A stretch of DNA of 64,000 nt from an uncultured Gemmatimonadaceae bacterium (lineage in GTDB: Bacteria > Gemmatimonadota > Gemmatimonadetes > Gemmatimonadales > Gemmatimonadaceae): NCBI GenBank assembly GCA_963740355.1, contig CAVUDW010000003.1, forward strand, positions 2,368,001 through 2,432,000, given 5' to 3'. Made by a program: the position numbers and the translations under genes. Shown here one piece after another: positions 38,414-48,017 of the stretch. How positions within the stretch are numbered: position 1 is the stretch's first letter; each line of letters begins with the position of its first letter. The notes beneath the pieces were generated by a model. It searched no databases. It was not told the DNA's origin and worked only from the letters and a program-made list of their open reading frames with translations.

Positions 38414-39031
38414 TCAGCCGGTGACACGCACCTGGCCGCGCTCGACACGCAGCTGGACACTTCCTGCGAGTGTCGCTTCCGTGGCGTCGTGTGTCACGAG
38501 CAGCGTGGTGGTGTCATGCGACGCAGCCCACGAAAGCACCGACTCGCGAATGTGACTGCGCAATGCGCTGTCCATTGCCGCGAACGGCTCGTCGAGCAAC
38601 AGGGTGCGGGGCGACCGAGCCATCGCTCGCGCCAGTGCCACCAGTTGCCGCTCGCCACCACTGAGCGTCGCCACAGGTTTCTCGAGCAACGGGCCCAGTT
38701 CCAGCATCGCGATCAGCGGCAGCACCACGGCAGGTTCCGTCGCACCGTACGACACGTTGTCGGCAACGGAGAGATGCGGAAACAGCCACGCCTGTTGATA
38801 GACCAGCCCGACGTTTCGTCGTTCCGGTGGCTCTCGCGTCACATCGACATCACCGAGGACCACCGTGCCGCTACTGCTGCGCCGCACACCGGCGATCGTC
38901 TCGACCAGCGTGGTCTTGCCCGCACCCGTGGGACCAGTCACGATGCCGACGCCGCCGCGTGGGATCACGAACGTGGCCCGATCGAGTGCAAAACCTGGCA
39001 CACGCACCGTGAGGTCGGTGACGGTGATCAC
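38414..39031 (-). CDS. Molybdate/tungstate ABC transporter ATPase (short, no TOBE domain seen)
   Basis: GPTGAGKT, LSGGERQ, LLDEPF, VTHD; GTGA overlap with the permease. Confidence 0.85.
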   Translation of the reverse strand: MITVTDLTVRVPGFALDRATFVIPRGGVGIVTGPTGAGKTTLVETIAGVRRSSSGTVVLGDVDVTREPPERRNVGLVYQQAWLFPHLSVADNVSYGATEPAVVLPLIAMLELGPLLEKPVATLSGGERQLVALARAMARSPRTLLLDEPFAAMDSALRSHIRESVLSWAASHDTTTLLVTHDATEATLAGSVQLRVERGQVRVTG

Positions 39032-39816
39032 GCCGACTCCGCCCGCCGCATCGAGCGGACGATGAACAGGATCAGTAGCGCCACGCAGACGAGGACCGCC
39101 GCCACCGGCAGTGCTTCGCGCAGTCCGTACGTGAGGTACCGATCGTAGGCCAGCACACTCGCCACACGTGGATGGTATGCGACCAGCACGATCGCGCCGA
39201 ACTCGCTCGTGGCGCGCGCCCACATCGTGGTCCCGGCGTTGACGATACCGTTGCGCGCCAGTGGCAGCGTGACACGACGCACCGCGCGCCATCGATCATC
39301 ACCCAGCGTGCGTGCCACCGACTCCAGTCGCACATCCACGCGCGCAATCGACTCGCGGGCGCCAAGGATGAAGAGCGGCGCACTCACGACGAGCATGGCC
39401 ACCACGATGCCCAGTGGAGAATTCACGATGGCCAGTCCAATGGGCGCCAGCGCCTTGCCCACGACACTCTCTCGTCCCATCGAGAGCAGGATGGCCATGC
39501 CGATCACTGGATGCGGAATGACCAGCGGCAGCTCCAGCACCGCTTCCACCACGCTGCGCCCCCGAAAGGGCACACGTGCGAGAAGCCAGGCGAGCGGCAG
39601 CCCACCAATGACTGCGAAGAGTGTGGCAGCGGTTGCACTCACCACCGTCAGCAGGATCGCGCCGAGCACGTCGCGGTCGGCGAACGCTGCCGCGATGGCA
39701 CCCAAACCCGCGCCAGCCACCAACGTGCCCACGGGAAGGACCAGCGCGAGGATCACCACCGAACCGAGGAACGTCGCCCCGGCTGTCAGCAACATCCGGG
39801 ACGGCAACCGTCTCAC
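39028..39816 (-). CDS. Molybdate/tungstate ABC permease (ModB/WtpB-like)
   Basis: LPLVIPHPVIG, LESVARTLG, WARATSEFGA. Confidence 0.88.
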   Translation of the reverse strand: MRRLPSRMLLTAGATFLGSVVILALVLPVGTLVAGAGLGAIAAAFADRDVLGAILLTVVSATAATLFAVIGGLPLAWLLARVPFRGRSVVEAVLELPLVIPHPVIGMAILLSMGRESVVGKALAPIGLAIVNSPLGIVVAMLVVSAPLFILGARESIARVDVRLESVARTLGDDRWRAVRRVTLPLARNGIVNAGTTMWARATSEFGAIVLVAYHPRVASVLAYDRYLTYGLREALPVAAVLVCVALLILFIVRSMRRAESA

Positions 39817-40757
39817 TGCACGATGTTGAGTTTCATGCCAAGCGTCACGACCCGCGGTGTGTCGATCACATCGAGACCGATGCGTCGCATGATGCGACGA
39901 CTCGTGGAGTCGAGGAGCCGTTCGCGAAGCACCGTGGCGCCAACGGCGTCAGCCCCGTTGGTGACGACCGCGATCGAGTAGCGAATCGGGGTGCCGGCCA
40001 CTGGAAGCACCTGTCCTGGCTGGCTGCCGCTGATCTGCACCGCGGCACGACGGAAGTAGAGCGAATCCGCTTCGTTGCCGAGGTCGATGTGATCTCCGAT
40101 CCGCACGTACTTGATCTTGAGCGAGCGAGCCAGTGATTCATAGCACCACGCCGCATCGGCGTCACCGCTTTCGAGCAGCGCGGCCAGGTCGGATTCGTTG
40201 CCGCGCAGCAGCGACGTCGGTGATGCCGCTTCCAGCTTCATCGCGAGTCCCGGACGTTGCAGTTCGGTTTCTGCGAGTCGCCACACGATCTGCGTGCGAT
40301 AACCAAGCGGTGCGCGGGCCGGATCCGTACGCGCCACACGCAGCTTGCCGCCGGCCACAATTTCCGACCAGTTCGCACTCGTCACACTGTCCGCGAGTTT
40401 CGAGCGCGGCGACAGAGCCAGCACGATGCGATTGCGCGCGAAGGTGGTACTGGTCGTGACATACGCAGGGATCAACAATCGCTCCAGTTCATCGGCGTCG
40501 GCGGTCACCAGCAGATCCGGGGTGCGACCAAGCGACATCACCGCGCGAATCATCTCGCGCGATCCCATCACCTCCAGCTCCACCCGCGGGCCACCGGTGG
40601 CGGCGATCGAATCGAGCGCAGCCCGGAGCGGTCGCGCCAGGCTCCCGGCGGCAAACACCGTCAGCGTGGGCCGGCTGACGTCGGCGGATGACCCGCACGC
40701 AACCACACCGACCGCCGAAAAAAGCGCCAGCAGAGGAAGAAATTTGAATCTTCTCAT
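39813..40757 (-). CDS. Molybdate/tungstate-binding lipoprotein (WtpA-like)
   Basis: Lipobox VVAC; VFAAGSL, GSR, TDPARAPLGYR, PIRYSI. Confidence 0.82.
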   Translation of the reverse strand: MRRFKFLPLLALFSAVGVVACGSSADVSRPTLTVFAAGSLARPLRAALDSIAATGGPRVELEVMGSREMIRAVMSLGRTPDLLVTADADELERLLIPAYVTTSTTFARNRIVLALSPRSKLADSVTSANWSEIVAGGKLRVARTDPARAPLGYRTQIVWRLAETELQRPGLAMKLEAASPTSLLRGNESDLAALLESGDADAAWCYESLARSLKIKYVRIGDHIDLGNEADSLYFRRAAVQISGSQPGQVLPVAGTPIRYSIAVVTNGADAVGATVLRERLLDSTSRRIMRRIGLDVIDTPRVVTLGMKLNIVQ

Positions 40758-41340
40758 ATTAAGAAGATACATCCGTTTTGACGCTAGGGAGAGACACGGC
40801 GCGGTCATCGACAAGACTCCCCGAAACCATCGGTACAACGCCATCGCGCGAATCGCGCGGGCATCCGGATGTGCGGGGAGGCATTGCGACATCAAGCTGG
40901 TGGGAGGCGGCATTCAGCAAACCAGATGGCTGCCGCACTACGTGGTGCACCGACCGGTGCACTGAATGCATGGTAGTCAATTCAGCGTCGAGTGCGAGAT
41001 GTGTTGAATCGGGGATGCCACTGGAATCGGCAGCCGGCCCGAAGAGTCGAGTTCGCTCGAAGGGAGCGGAACGGTCCTTGGACTCGATCCTCAATAGACG
41101 GACAGCGGGAGCAGAATGGACATTGCACACCCACGGCGCTGATGCTTTCTGTTGAGACCGGTATGCGCCCCTGCGAAACGGCACCGTCCCTTCGTTACAC
41201 TGGCGAGCCGACTCAAACACACCGCCGCGCACGCCGGTGGCCGGCTCCTTCGGCAAAAATCGAAACAGCCTCGACACGACAGCGTAGATTCCAGACGCGA
41301 CTATGCCTCTGCTGTCGTGCCTGTCTCCCCACACGCCACC

Positions 41341-42306
41341 ATGTCCGAACTCGCCATCGATATCCGGGGCGTCACCAAGCGATATGCCGAGCATGTCGCC
41401 GTCAGTGACCTCTCACTCCAGGTGCCACGCGGAGCCGTCTACGGCCTCCTTGGGCCGAACGGCGCCGGGAAGACCAGTACGATCCGGATGATCCTCGACA
41501 TCATCGCCCCCGATCAGGGGTCGATCACGCTCTTCGGGAAGAAGCACACCGACGCCGGCGTGCTCGATCGCGTCGGATATCTCCCGGAAGAGCGCGGGCT
41601 CTACAAGAAGATGAAAGTCCGCGACGTGTTGAAGTTCCTCGCGGAGCTCAAGGGCGTCTCCGGCGCCGATGCCGAGGTGCGCATCGGCTTGTGGATGGAG
41701 CGCATGTCGCTCAAGACCGCAGACAAGGACTGGAGCGACAAGAAGGTGGATGAACTGAGCCGCGGAATGCAGCAGAAGGTGCAGTTCATCGGCACCCTGC
41801 TCCACGACCCGGAACTGGTCATCCTCGACGAACCATTCAGCGGCCTCGATCCGATCAACGCGCAGGCGCTGAAGGACACGGTCGTGGAACTGAAGGCCCG
41901 CGGGAAGACCGTCATCTTCAGTACGCACATCATGGAGAACGCCGAGAAGCTGTGCGACTCGGTATGCATCATCGCCAACGGCAAGAAGGTGCTCGATGGT
42001 GCCGTGTCGGATGTGAAGGCTGCACATGCTGGTCGCACCGTCGCCGTCGCATTCGACGGTGCACCCACCACCGCTGTCGAGGCGGTGCTGCGTGATCCGA
42101 CGCTGGTCGCCAGCCGCGACGACCAGAACCGCTTTCTCGAACTCGAGCTGGCGCCGGATGCGTCGAGCGGCACTCTCCTCAAGCGACTGATCGAAGCGGG
42201 TGCGTCCCTGCAGCGATTCGAACGCGTGCAGCCGTCGCTGCATCGCATCTTCCTCGATAAGGTCGGGGCCACCGGTGTTGAAGCGGGGATGAGCGGACAT
42301 GGGTAA
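41341..42306 (+). CDS. ABC-2 type exporter ATPase (NatA-like)
   Basis: GPNGAGKT, GYLPEERGLY, LSRGMQQK, LDEPFSGLDP. Confidence 0.92.
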   Translation: MSELAIDIRGVTKRYAEHVAVSDLSLQVPRGAVYGLLGPNGAGKTSTIRMILDIIAPDQGSITLFGKKHTDAGVLDRVGYLPEERGLYKKMKVRDVLKFLAELKGVSGADAEVRIGLWMERMSLKTADKDWSDKKVDELSRGMQQKVQFIGTLLHDPELVILDEPFSGLDPINAQALKDTVVELKARGKTVIFSTHIMENAEKLCDSVCIIANGKKVLDGAVSDVKAAHAGRTVAVAFDGAPTTAVEAVLRDPTLVASRDDQNRFLELELAPDASSGTLLKRLIEAGASLQRFERVQPSLHRIFLDKVGATGVEAGMSGHG

Positions 42307-43615
42307 GCTGAATGCGATCATCCGTCGCGAATACCTCGAGCGCGTCCGCACCAAGTGGTTCGTCATCGCCACGCTGCTGGGCCCGATCCTCTTCCTGTTG
42401 CTGACCGCGTTGCCGGCATTCCTCACAGCCGGCAGCAAGGCCACAGCAGAATCGGCCAACATCACGATCATCGACGCGACGGGGGCGAACCTCGGCCCCC
42501 GCGTGATCCTCGCACTGGCCGATACCTCGGGCGTGAAGCCCACCGTCGAGATCACATCGCCACTCGAAACGGCAGCTGCCGAGTCGCTTGCCACGCGCGC
42601 GGTGCTGTCGAACCAGCGCATCGGCTACCTCGTGCTCGATTCACGCACCATGCTTGGCTTCAAGGCACGGTATGTGGGTCGCAACAGCACCACCGTGCGC
42701 GAGATGTCACGCCTTGGTCGTGCCGTCGACAAGGCCGTCCTCGGTCTCCGTCTCGAACGCGCCGGACTCGACGCCGGACGCATCGACTCGTTGATGCGCG
42801 TGAACGTGGAGCTGGACAAGACACAACTGAGCGACAAGGGTCGCGAGCGGACCGGCACCGGCAACAGCGTGGTGGGCCTGATGGTGGCGTTCCTGCTCTA
42901 TACGGTGCTCATCATCTACGGCCAGACCGTGCTCCGCAGCGTGATCGAGGAGAAGGCCACACGCGTCGCGGAAGTCGTGATCAGCAGCGTCCGGCCGGAG
43001 ATCCTGCTCGCGGGCAAGATCATCGGCATCGGCGGCGTCGCCATCACACAATTCGGCGTCTGGATTCTCGGCTCCTTCTGGGTTGGATCGACTGTCGTCC
43101 CGGCCATCATGAAGAGCAAGACGCTGGGGATGTCGCCCGCCGCGGCGGATAGCCTCACGCGCTCGAGTGATGTCTTCACCAGCCTGCCCGCATTCTCGGC
43201 AACGCTGGTGGTCGCGCCACTGCTGTTCTTCATCCTGGGGTATGTCTTCTATGCCTGCCTCTACGCTGCCGTCGGCAGCACCGTGAACAGCGAGTCGGAA
43301 GCGCAGCAGGCCGCCACGCCAGTGGTGATGCTGCTGGTGCTCAGCGCCGCCTGCCTGCAACCGGTGGCGTTTGCTCCCCAGAGCACGATCGCGGTGGTGA
43401 TGTCACTGCTGCCGGTGTCTGCCCCCATCGTGATGCCGATGCGATTGACGCTGGTGCAGGTGCCCAACTGGCAGATCTTCGCCAGCCTGCTCGGCATGAC
43501 AGTCTCGTGCGCCGCGGCGATCTGGTTCTCGGCACGGATCTATCGCGTGGGCCTGCTGATGTACGGTAAGCGCCCGACGATTCGCGAACTGTTCAAGTGG
43601 TTGCGCTACTCCTGA
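42299..43615 (+). CDS. ABC-2 type exporter permease (NatB-like)
   Basis: REYLERVRTK, VIEEKATRVAEV, GKIIG, IYRVGLLMYGK. Confidence 0.9.
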   Translation: MGKLNAIIRREYLERVRTKWFVIATLLGPILFLLLTALPAFLTAGSKATAESANITIIDATGANLGPRVILALADTSGVKPTVEITSPLETAAAESLATRAVLSNQRIGYLVLDSRTMLGFKARYVGRNSTTVREMSRLGRAVDKAVLGLRLERAGLDAGRIDSLMRVNVELDKTQLSDKGRERTGTGNSVVGLMVAFLLYTVLIIYGQTVLRSVIEEKATRVAEVVISSVRPEILLAGKIIGIGGVAITQFGVWILGSFWVGSTVVPAIMKSKTLGMSPAAADSLTRSSDVFTSLPAFSATLVVAPLLFFILGYVFYACLYAAVGSTVNSESEAQQAATPVVMLLVLSAACLQPVAFAPQSTIAVVMSLLPVSAPIVMPMRLTLVQVPNWQIFASLLGMTVSCAAAIWFSARIYRVGLLMYGKRPTIRELFKWLRYS

Positions 43616-43637
43616 GATCGGGACGCACCGAATCAAC

Positions 43638-43676
43638 AAAAACCGCGCACGGGCCAAGGCCTGTGCGCGGTTTTTT
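43638..43676. terminator. Bidirectional rho-independent terminator
   Basis: AAAAACCGCGCACGGGCC-aa-GGCCTGTGCGCGGTTTTTT. Confidence 0.85.
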
Positions 43677-43753
43677 CTTGCGTGCCGATCGATCAGGAGA
43701 TCACGACTGCCGATCGGCTCATCATCGGCAGCGCAAACCCCACCACCGCAGTG

Positions 43754-44170
43754 TTACGCGCAATACTTGTCGAATGCGCCAACGAGGTCGTTCGAGATCT
43801 CGTCCGCCGAGCGGCCTTCGATCTGGTGACGCTCGAGCATGAACACCACCTTGCCGTCCTTCATCAACGCGATGCTCGGGCTGCTGGGGCGGTAGCCGGT
43901 GAAGTAACCGCGGGCCTGCTGCGTCGGCTCGGGATCCTGGCCGGCAAACACCGTCACGCTCTTCGCTGGGCGGACCGCATGCTCCAGCGCCGTCTTCACG
44001 GCCGGTCGCGCATTGCGCGCCGCGCAGCCGCACATGCTGTTGACCACCACCAGCGTGGTGCCATCAGCGTTCTTCAGCGCCGCATCGACTTCGGCCGCGC
44101 TCTTCAGTTCCTGCACGCCAAGCTGCGTCAGCTCAGCACGCATCGGGGCAATGAAACGTTCGTCGTACAT
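43754..44170 (-). CDS. BrxA/BrxB-family bacilliredoxin (DUF1094)
   Basis: VVNSMCGCAARNARP, VFAGQD, PSSPSIAL, RHQIEGR. Confidence 0.92.
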   Translation of the reverse strand: MYDERFIAPMRAELTQLGVQELKSAAEVDAALKNADGTTLVVVNSMCGCAARNARPAVKTALEHAVRPAKSVTVFAGQDPEPTQQARGYFTGYRPSSPSIALMKDGKVVFMLERHQIEGRSADEISNDLVGAFDKYCA

Positions 44171-44232
44171 AGTCCTGCTCCTGCCAGAAGGTGATTCAGC
44201 TTGCGACGTGCACCAGGGTCACGGCGGACACC

Positions 44233-44628
44233 CTAGAACAACACATCGTCAGCCACATTCGTGTCGCGAACCAACGCCAGGATGGCTGCCTGCGGCACCA
44301 CCAGGTAGCGCTCGTTCTCGAAGGTGATTTCCACACTCGCCTTGCGAAAGAACAAGGCATAGTCGCCCGTGCGCGCCTGCATCGGGACATGCTTCGTGCC
44401 CGACGCACTGCTCTGGGCGTTCTTCCACGGCTCGTCGCTGTCCTGCGACGCGAGATCGGGCATGGGAAGCCCCGGTCCGGTGGCGACGATCCGGCCACCC
44501 TGCACCGCCTGGTTGTCGACGGCGGTCGGCGGCAGGTACAAGCCGACCGACGAGCGCTCCTCTCCTTCCTCGATGGAGACGAGCACCCGGTCACCGACGA
44601 CGATCAGCTCTTTCTTGTTCTTCCGCAT
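44233..44628 (-). CDS. GroES-like co-chaperonin with no adjacent groEL
   Basis: GDRVLV, GLYLP, GRIVATGPG, TGDYALF. Confidence 0.85.
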   Translation of the reverse strand: MRKNKKELIVVGDRVLVSIEEGEERSSVGLYLPPTAVDNQAVQGGRIVATGPGLPMPDLASQDSDEPWKNAQSSASGTKHVPMQARTGDYALFFRKASVEITFENERYLVVPQAAILALVRDTNVADDVLF

Positions 44629-44725
44629 GACGTTCCCGACGAATTCCGTCCGGCAGCGTTTCTGCCGGACACTGCATGGAAGTTATCACCGGACGGGAGC
44701 TGAGCGCCCGCCCAGAGCCCGAGCC

Positions 44726-46177
44726 CTACCGACGCCCACCCTTCGCGCCCGTCGGACGGACGAGGTGATACTTCACCTGTCGCTGATACCCCCACCGCAC
44801 AACACCGGCGCCATCGAGGATCACATCCTCCTCCTGGCCCACCCGAACCGGCTGGCTCCCCCATTCGGCCACCGGGGTCGTCGCCTGCAGCTCGATCGAG
44901 TACCAGGTACTGGGCTGCATGGCGTGATCGCCGCGGCCTGGCACGCCGTCCTGGTAGTCCCACAGGCCGATCAGCGGGCCCGCGCCATGCCCATGCATCC
45001 CGATCGGGTGCGAGTAGATGGTGCCATTGATGCTGTCGCGCGTCATCCGCTGCCGTGATGCCTGCAGCACCTCATTCCCGGTCCGGCCAGCCTTGATCTC
45101 GGAAAAGACGATGTCCTGCAACCGGTTTGCATTGCCCAGCGCACGCTGCAATCCGGCGGGCACGTCGGTCTCGCCATCCTTCAGGACGTAACCCATGTGC
45201 TGCGTGTCGGTGTTGAGGCGCAGCGCCGTGATGCCGAAGTCGCAATGCAGCACGTCACCCTTCTGGATGATGGGGTCTTCGCCCATCGCGGCATCGGTGC
45301 CACCCTTGCGCTGCACATCCACCGACGGCTGAAACCAGGTGGTCAGGCCGTACTCCGCGACACGTTGACGCATCCACCAGACCACATCACTGGTACGCGT
45401 CACACCGGGCGTGATGACTTTCGATGAGAAGGCTTCCTCGATGATGTCCCACGTGAGGCGGTTCATGCGATTGAACGTCGCCTCTTCCTCGGCCTGACGG
45501 ATCGCGATCAGGTCCACTGCGAGGCGCCCGGCCGTGGTGATCTGCGCCTTCCATTCCCCGTCGGGCTTCAGCACTTCGCGCGACAGCATGCCGGTGTATT
45601 CGCCGAGCGTGAGGCCGTCAGCGAAGGCGAACGTCGTGTCGATGTCGAGCGCGATGCGCTTCGGCTTGCGATCGCGAATGACCTTCGTCAGCACATCCCA
45701 CTGCGCCGATCCCCACAGCTCGGCCGTCGTGCTGCCGGAGCTCACATTGGTGGCGGCAAGCTGCGAGCGCACCGCAGTGTAGAGCCCACCCTGCGACGTG
45801 CCGCCGAGCGCGAGGCGCTCGATCCCCTTGTCGCCACCACGATCGTAGAACACGTAGATCGTGCGCCGGCGTGCGGAAAAGGTGGTCGGCGACACGATGG
45901 AGGAGAACACAGGATCTTCGTTGTACTCACGCATCGGCACGATCCACATGTCGACGCTATCCCGTCGCATCAGGCCGGGCAGCGTGCGCTCGAGTCGCAG
46001 TCGCAGCCACTCCTGTTGCGCCGCAGCCCATTCACGCTGCGTGCCGAGTGGATGGCGCGGGTCGGCTTTTGCGAGGTGCGGTGCCGCCTGCGCCTGCACG
46101 GACGGTGCGAGCACCACGGGAAGACTGAGCGCCAGCAGCGATGCCGCCAGCGAAAGGCAATGCGCGACACGGCGCAT
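44726..46177 (-). CDS. M24 family (Xaa-Pro) metallopeptidase, exported
   Basis: Signal peptide; HCDFG, TDTQ, HPIGMHGH, SIE, EED. Confidence 0.88.
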   Translation of the reverse strand: MRRVAHCLSLAASLLALSLPVVLAPSVQAQAAPHLAKADPRHPLGTQREWAAAQQEWLRLRLERTLPGLMRRDSVDMWIVPMREYNEDPVFSSIVSPTTFSARRRTIYVFYDRGGDKGIERLALGGTSQGGLYTAVRSQLAATNVSSGSTTAELWGSAQWDVLTKVIRDRKPKRIALDIDTTFAFADGLTLGEYTGMLSREVLKPDGEWKAQITTAGRLAVDLIAIRQAEEEATFNRMNRLTWDIIEEAFSSKVITPGVTRTSDVVWWMRQRVAEYGLTTWFQPSVDVQRKGGTDAAMGEDPIIQKGDVLHCDFGITALRLNTDTQHMGYVLKDGETDVPAGLQRALGNANRLQDIVFSEIKAGRTGNEVLQASRQRMTRDSINGTIYSHPIGMHGHGAGPLIGLWDYQDGVPGRGDHAMQPSTWYSIELQATTPVAEWGSQPVRVGQEEDVILDGAGVVRWGYQRQVKYHLVRPTGAKGGRR

Positions 46178-46265
46178 GTGAAAGGCTCCGGATGCAGGTG
46201 ACGGGGATTGTTGAGCCAGCGACGGCCAGACCAGCGAAGTTACCGCGCGAAGCTATCGCGCGAAG

Positions 46266-46820
46266 CTATTGGTCGTCCTTCGGATCGTCGATGATGACGT
46301 CGCCGGCGGCCGAGATCGAGCGTCGGATGCCCTGCACCACGAGCGCGAGAATGCCCGCATAGATCGAGAGCACGAGCAGGTGTGTGCTGAGGACCGTGGC
46401 CGCGATGCTGGCCAGGTCGGACCACTCCGCCTGTGCGCTGCCGTACGGCTCACGCCGCACCGCAATCAACAGGGCCGATGTCGCGACTTCGGCCAGCCCC
46501 TCGACCACCGCAAAGGCCGGGATGCGCCACACCCACCGCTTCAGCGGGTAGTTGCCGATGTGCAGCGTTGCCATGCCGAAGAACACCAGCACACCCAGTG
46601 CGACGACCGACCCGAAGAACAGCGGCGCGTCAGTGGGACCCGTTCCGAGGAACAGGGCACGCAGCAGTCGCCACGCAATCCCGGTGACGACCGCCATCGA
46701 CACGAGCGACCGGCTGAACTTCCGCACGGCACTCGCTTCGTAGGCGTCCCATGCGCCGGTGTGGGTTGGTGCGAATCGAACCATGGAGGGAAGTTGGCGG
46801 TCCGAGGCGTCGGAAGGCAA
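46266..46820 (-). CDS. Hypothetical membrane protein
   Basis: Four hydrophobic segments; HIGNYP motif. Confidence 0.65.
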   Translation of the reverse strand: MPSDASDRQLPSMVRFAPTHTGAWDAYEASAVRKFSRSLVSMAVVTGIAWRLLRALFLGTGPTDAPLFFGSVVALGVLVFFGMATLHIGNYPLKRWVWRIPAFAVVEGLAEVATSALLIAVRREPYGSAQAEWSDLASIAATVLSTHLLVLSIYAGILALVVQGIRRSISAAGDVIIDDPKDDQ

Positions 46821-46887
46821 GCCGATCTGCGCTGTTCGTCACACTGCGCCCTGCATTTTCCCTCACCGCACGTACATCCGCTCCCGG

Positions 46888-47925
46888 TCAGCGATGTGCG
46901 ATCGAGGGCTGCCTCGCGAGTCGATCGGCAATGAAATGGAGCCCTTCCGGCATGTGATTCTGGAAGTAGGTCCACGAGTGCTTGCCCTCCCATTCGGCGT
47001 ACAGCAGCGGGATGTGATGGGCAGCCATCTCTTCACGGAAGATGCGATTCTGTTCGATGCGCTCGTCCTCGAGCGCGATGTCGGCATACAACATCGGGAT
47101 CGGCTCACCGCGCGCCTTCAATCCGATCAGCAGCCTGGCCGGATCGCGTGCATTCCAGTTCGCGAGATCGAGACCGAACATCGGGTACATCACACTCCAT
47201 TCATTTTCACCAACGGCCGCGCGGATCTCCTTCATCGTGCGACCGCTGCGCCAGGTCACCCGGCCAGTCGAGGCGATGGTGGTGCTGTCTGGCGTGGGAC
47301 CCAGTGTCAGCACGCCGGAATGACTGGTGGCGATGGCGAAGGTGCCGGGAAACCGCGCCGCGATCGTGAACGCACCGTACGCTCCCATGCTCAGCCCGCC
47401 GATCGCACGCGATTCCATCTGCGGCAGCGTGCGGTACGTCGAGTCCACCTGCTGCAACACATCGTGCACGACATACGCGTCGTAATCGGGCTTCGGTACG
47501 CAGAATTCGGCGGGCGGCTCGGTGCGATGCGGCGTGACGCGACAGGCAGCGGTATCGCTGGGCGAGGCCCATGACGTCCACCAGCCATCGTCACCGTCGG
47601 GCATCGCGACGATCATCTCCGGCATGCCGGTGGCGATCAGCGAATCCATGGCGTACGCCAGACGCCCCAGCTTCACCCAGTCGGTCTCGTCGCCCCACCG
47701 ACCATGCAGGTAGACCGTCAGCGGATAGCGTCGATTGGCCGCCTGCGCCGTGCCGTACGACGGCGGCAGATACACGACCATCCGCTTCTGCACGCCCAAC
47801 GTCGGTGCCCAGAACGAGTCCCGCCGTACCGCGCCGTGCGGCAGGTGCACCTCCACCGTACTCGCGGGGAGCACGGTGGCCGCAATGAAGAGGCAGGTGA
47901 GGAAGGTGGCTCTGAGCATGGTCAC
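46888..47925 (-). CDS. Exported esterase (FrmB/antigen-85-like alpha/beta hydrolase), paralog 2
   Basis: VYLPPSY, YLHG, MPDG, GGLSMG, GKHSW. Confidence 0.88.
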   Translation of the reverse strand: MTMLRATFLTCLFIAATVLPASTVEVHLPHGAVRRDSFWAPTLGVQKRMVVYLPPSYGTAQAANRRYPLTVYLHGRWGDETDWVKLGRLAYAMDSLIATGMPEMIVAMPDGDDGWWTSWASPSDTAACRVTPHRTEPPAEFCVPKPDYDAYVVHDVLQQVDSTYRTLPQMESRAIGGLSMGAYGAFTIAARFPGTFAIATSHSGVLTLGPTPDSTTIASTGRVTWRSGRTMKEIRAAVGENEWSVMYPMFGLDLANWNARDPARLLIGLKARGEPIPMLYADIALEDERIEQNRIFREEMAAHHIPLLYAEWEGKHSWTYFQNHMPEGLHFIADRLARQPSIAHR

Positions 47926-48017
47926 TGGAGACGATCCTGCCCGCCCCGGGTGACGCCTCCACCCGCCCCTCGCGCTTCAGGCTCGCCGTGGCGGTCGCCC
48001 GGCCCCGCCCAGCAAGC

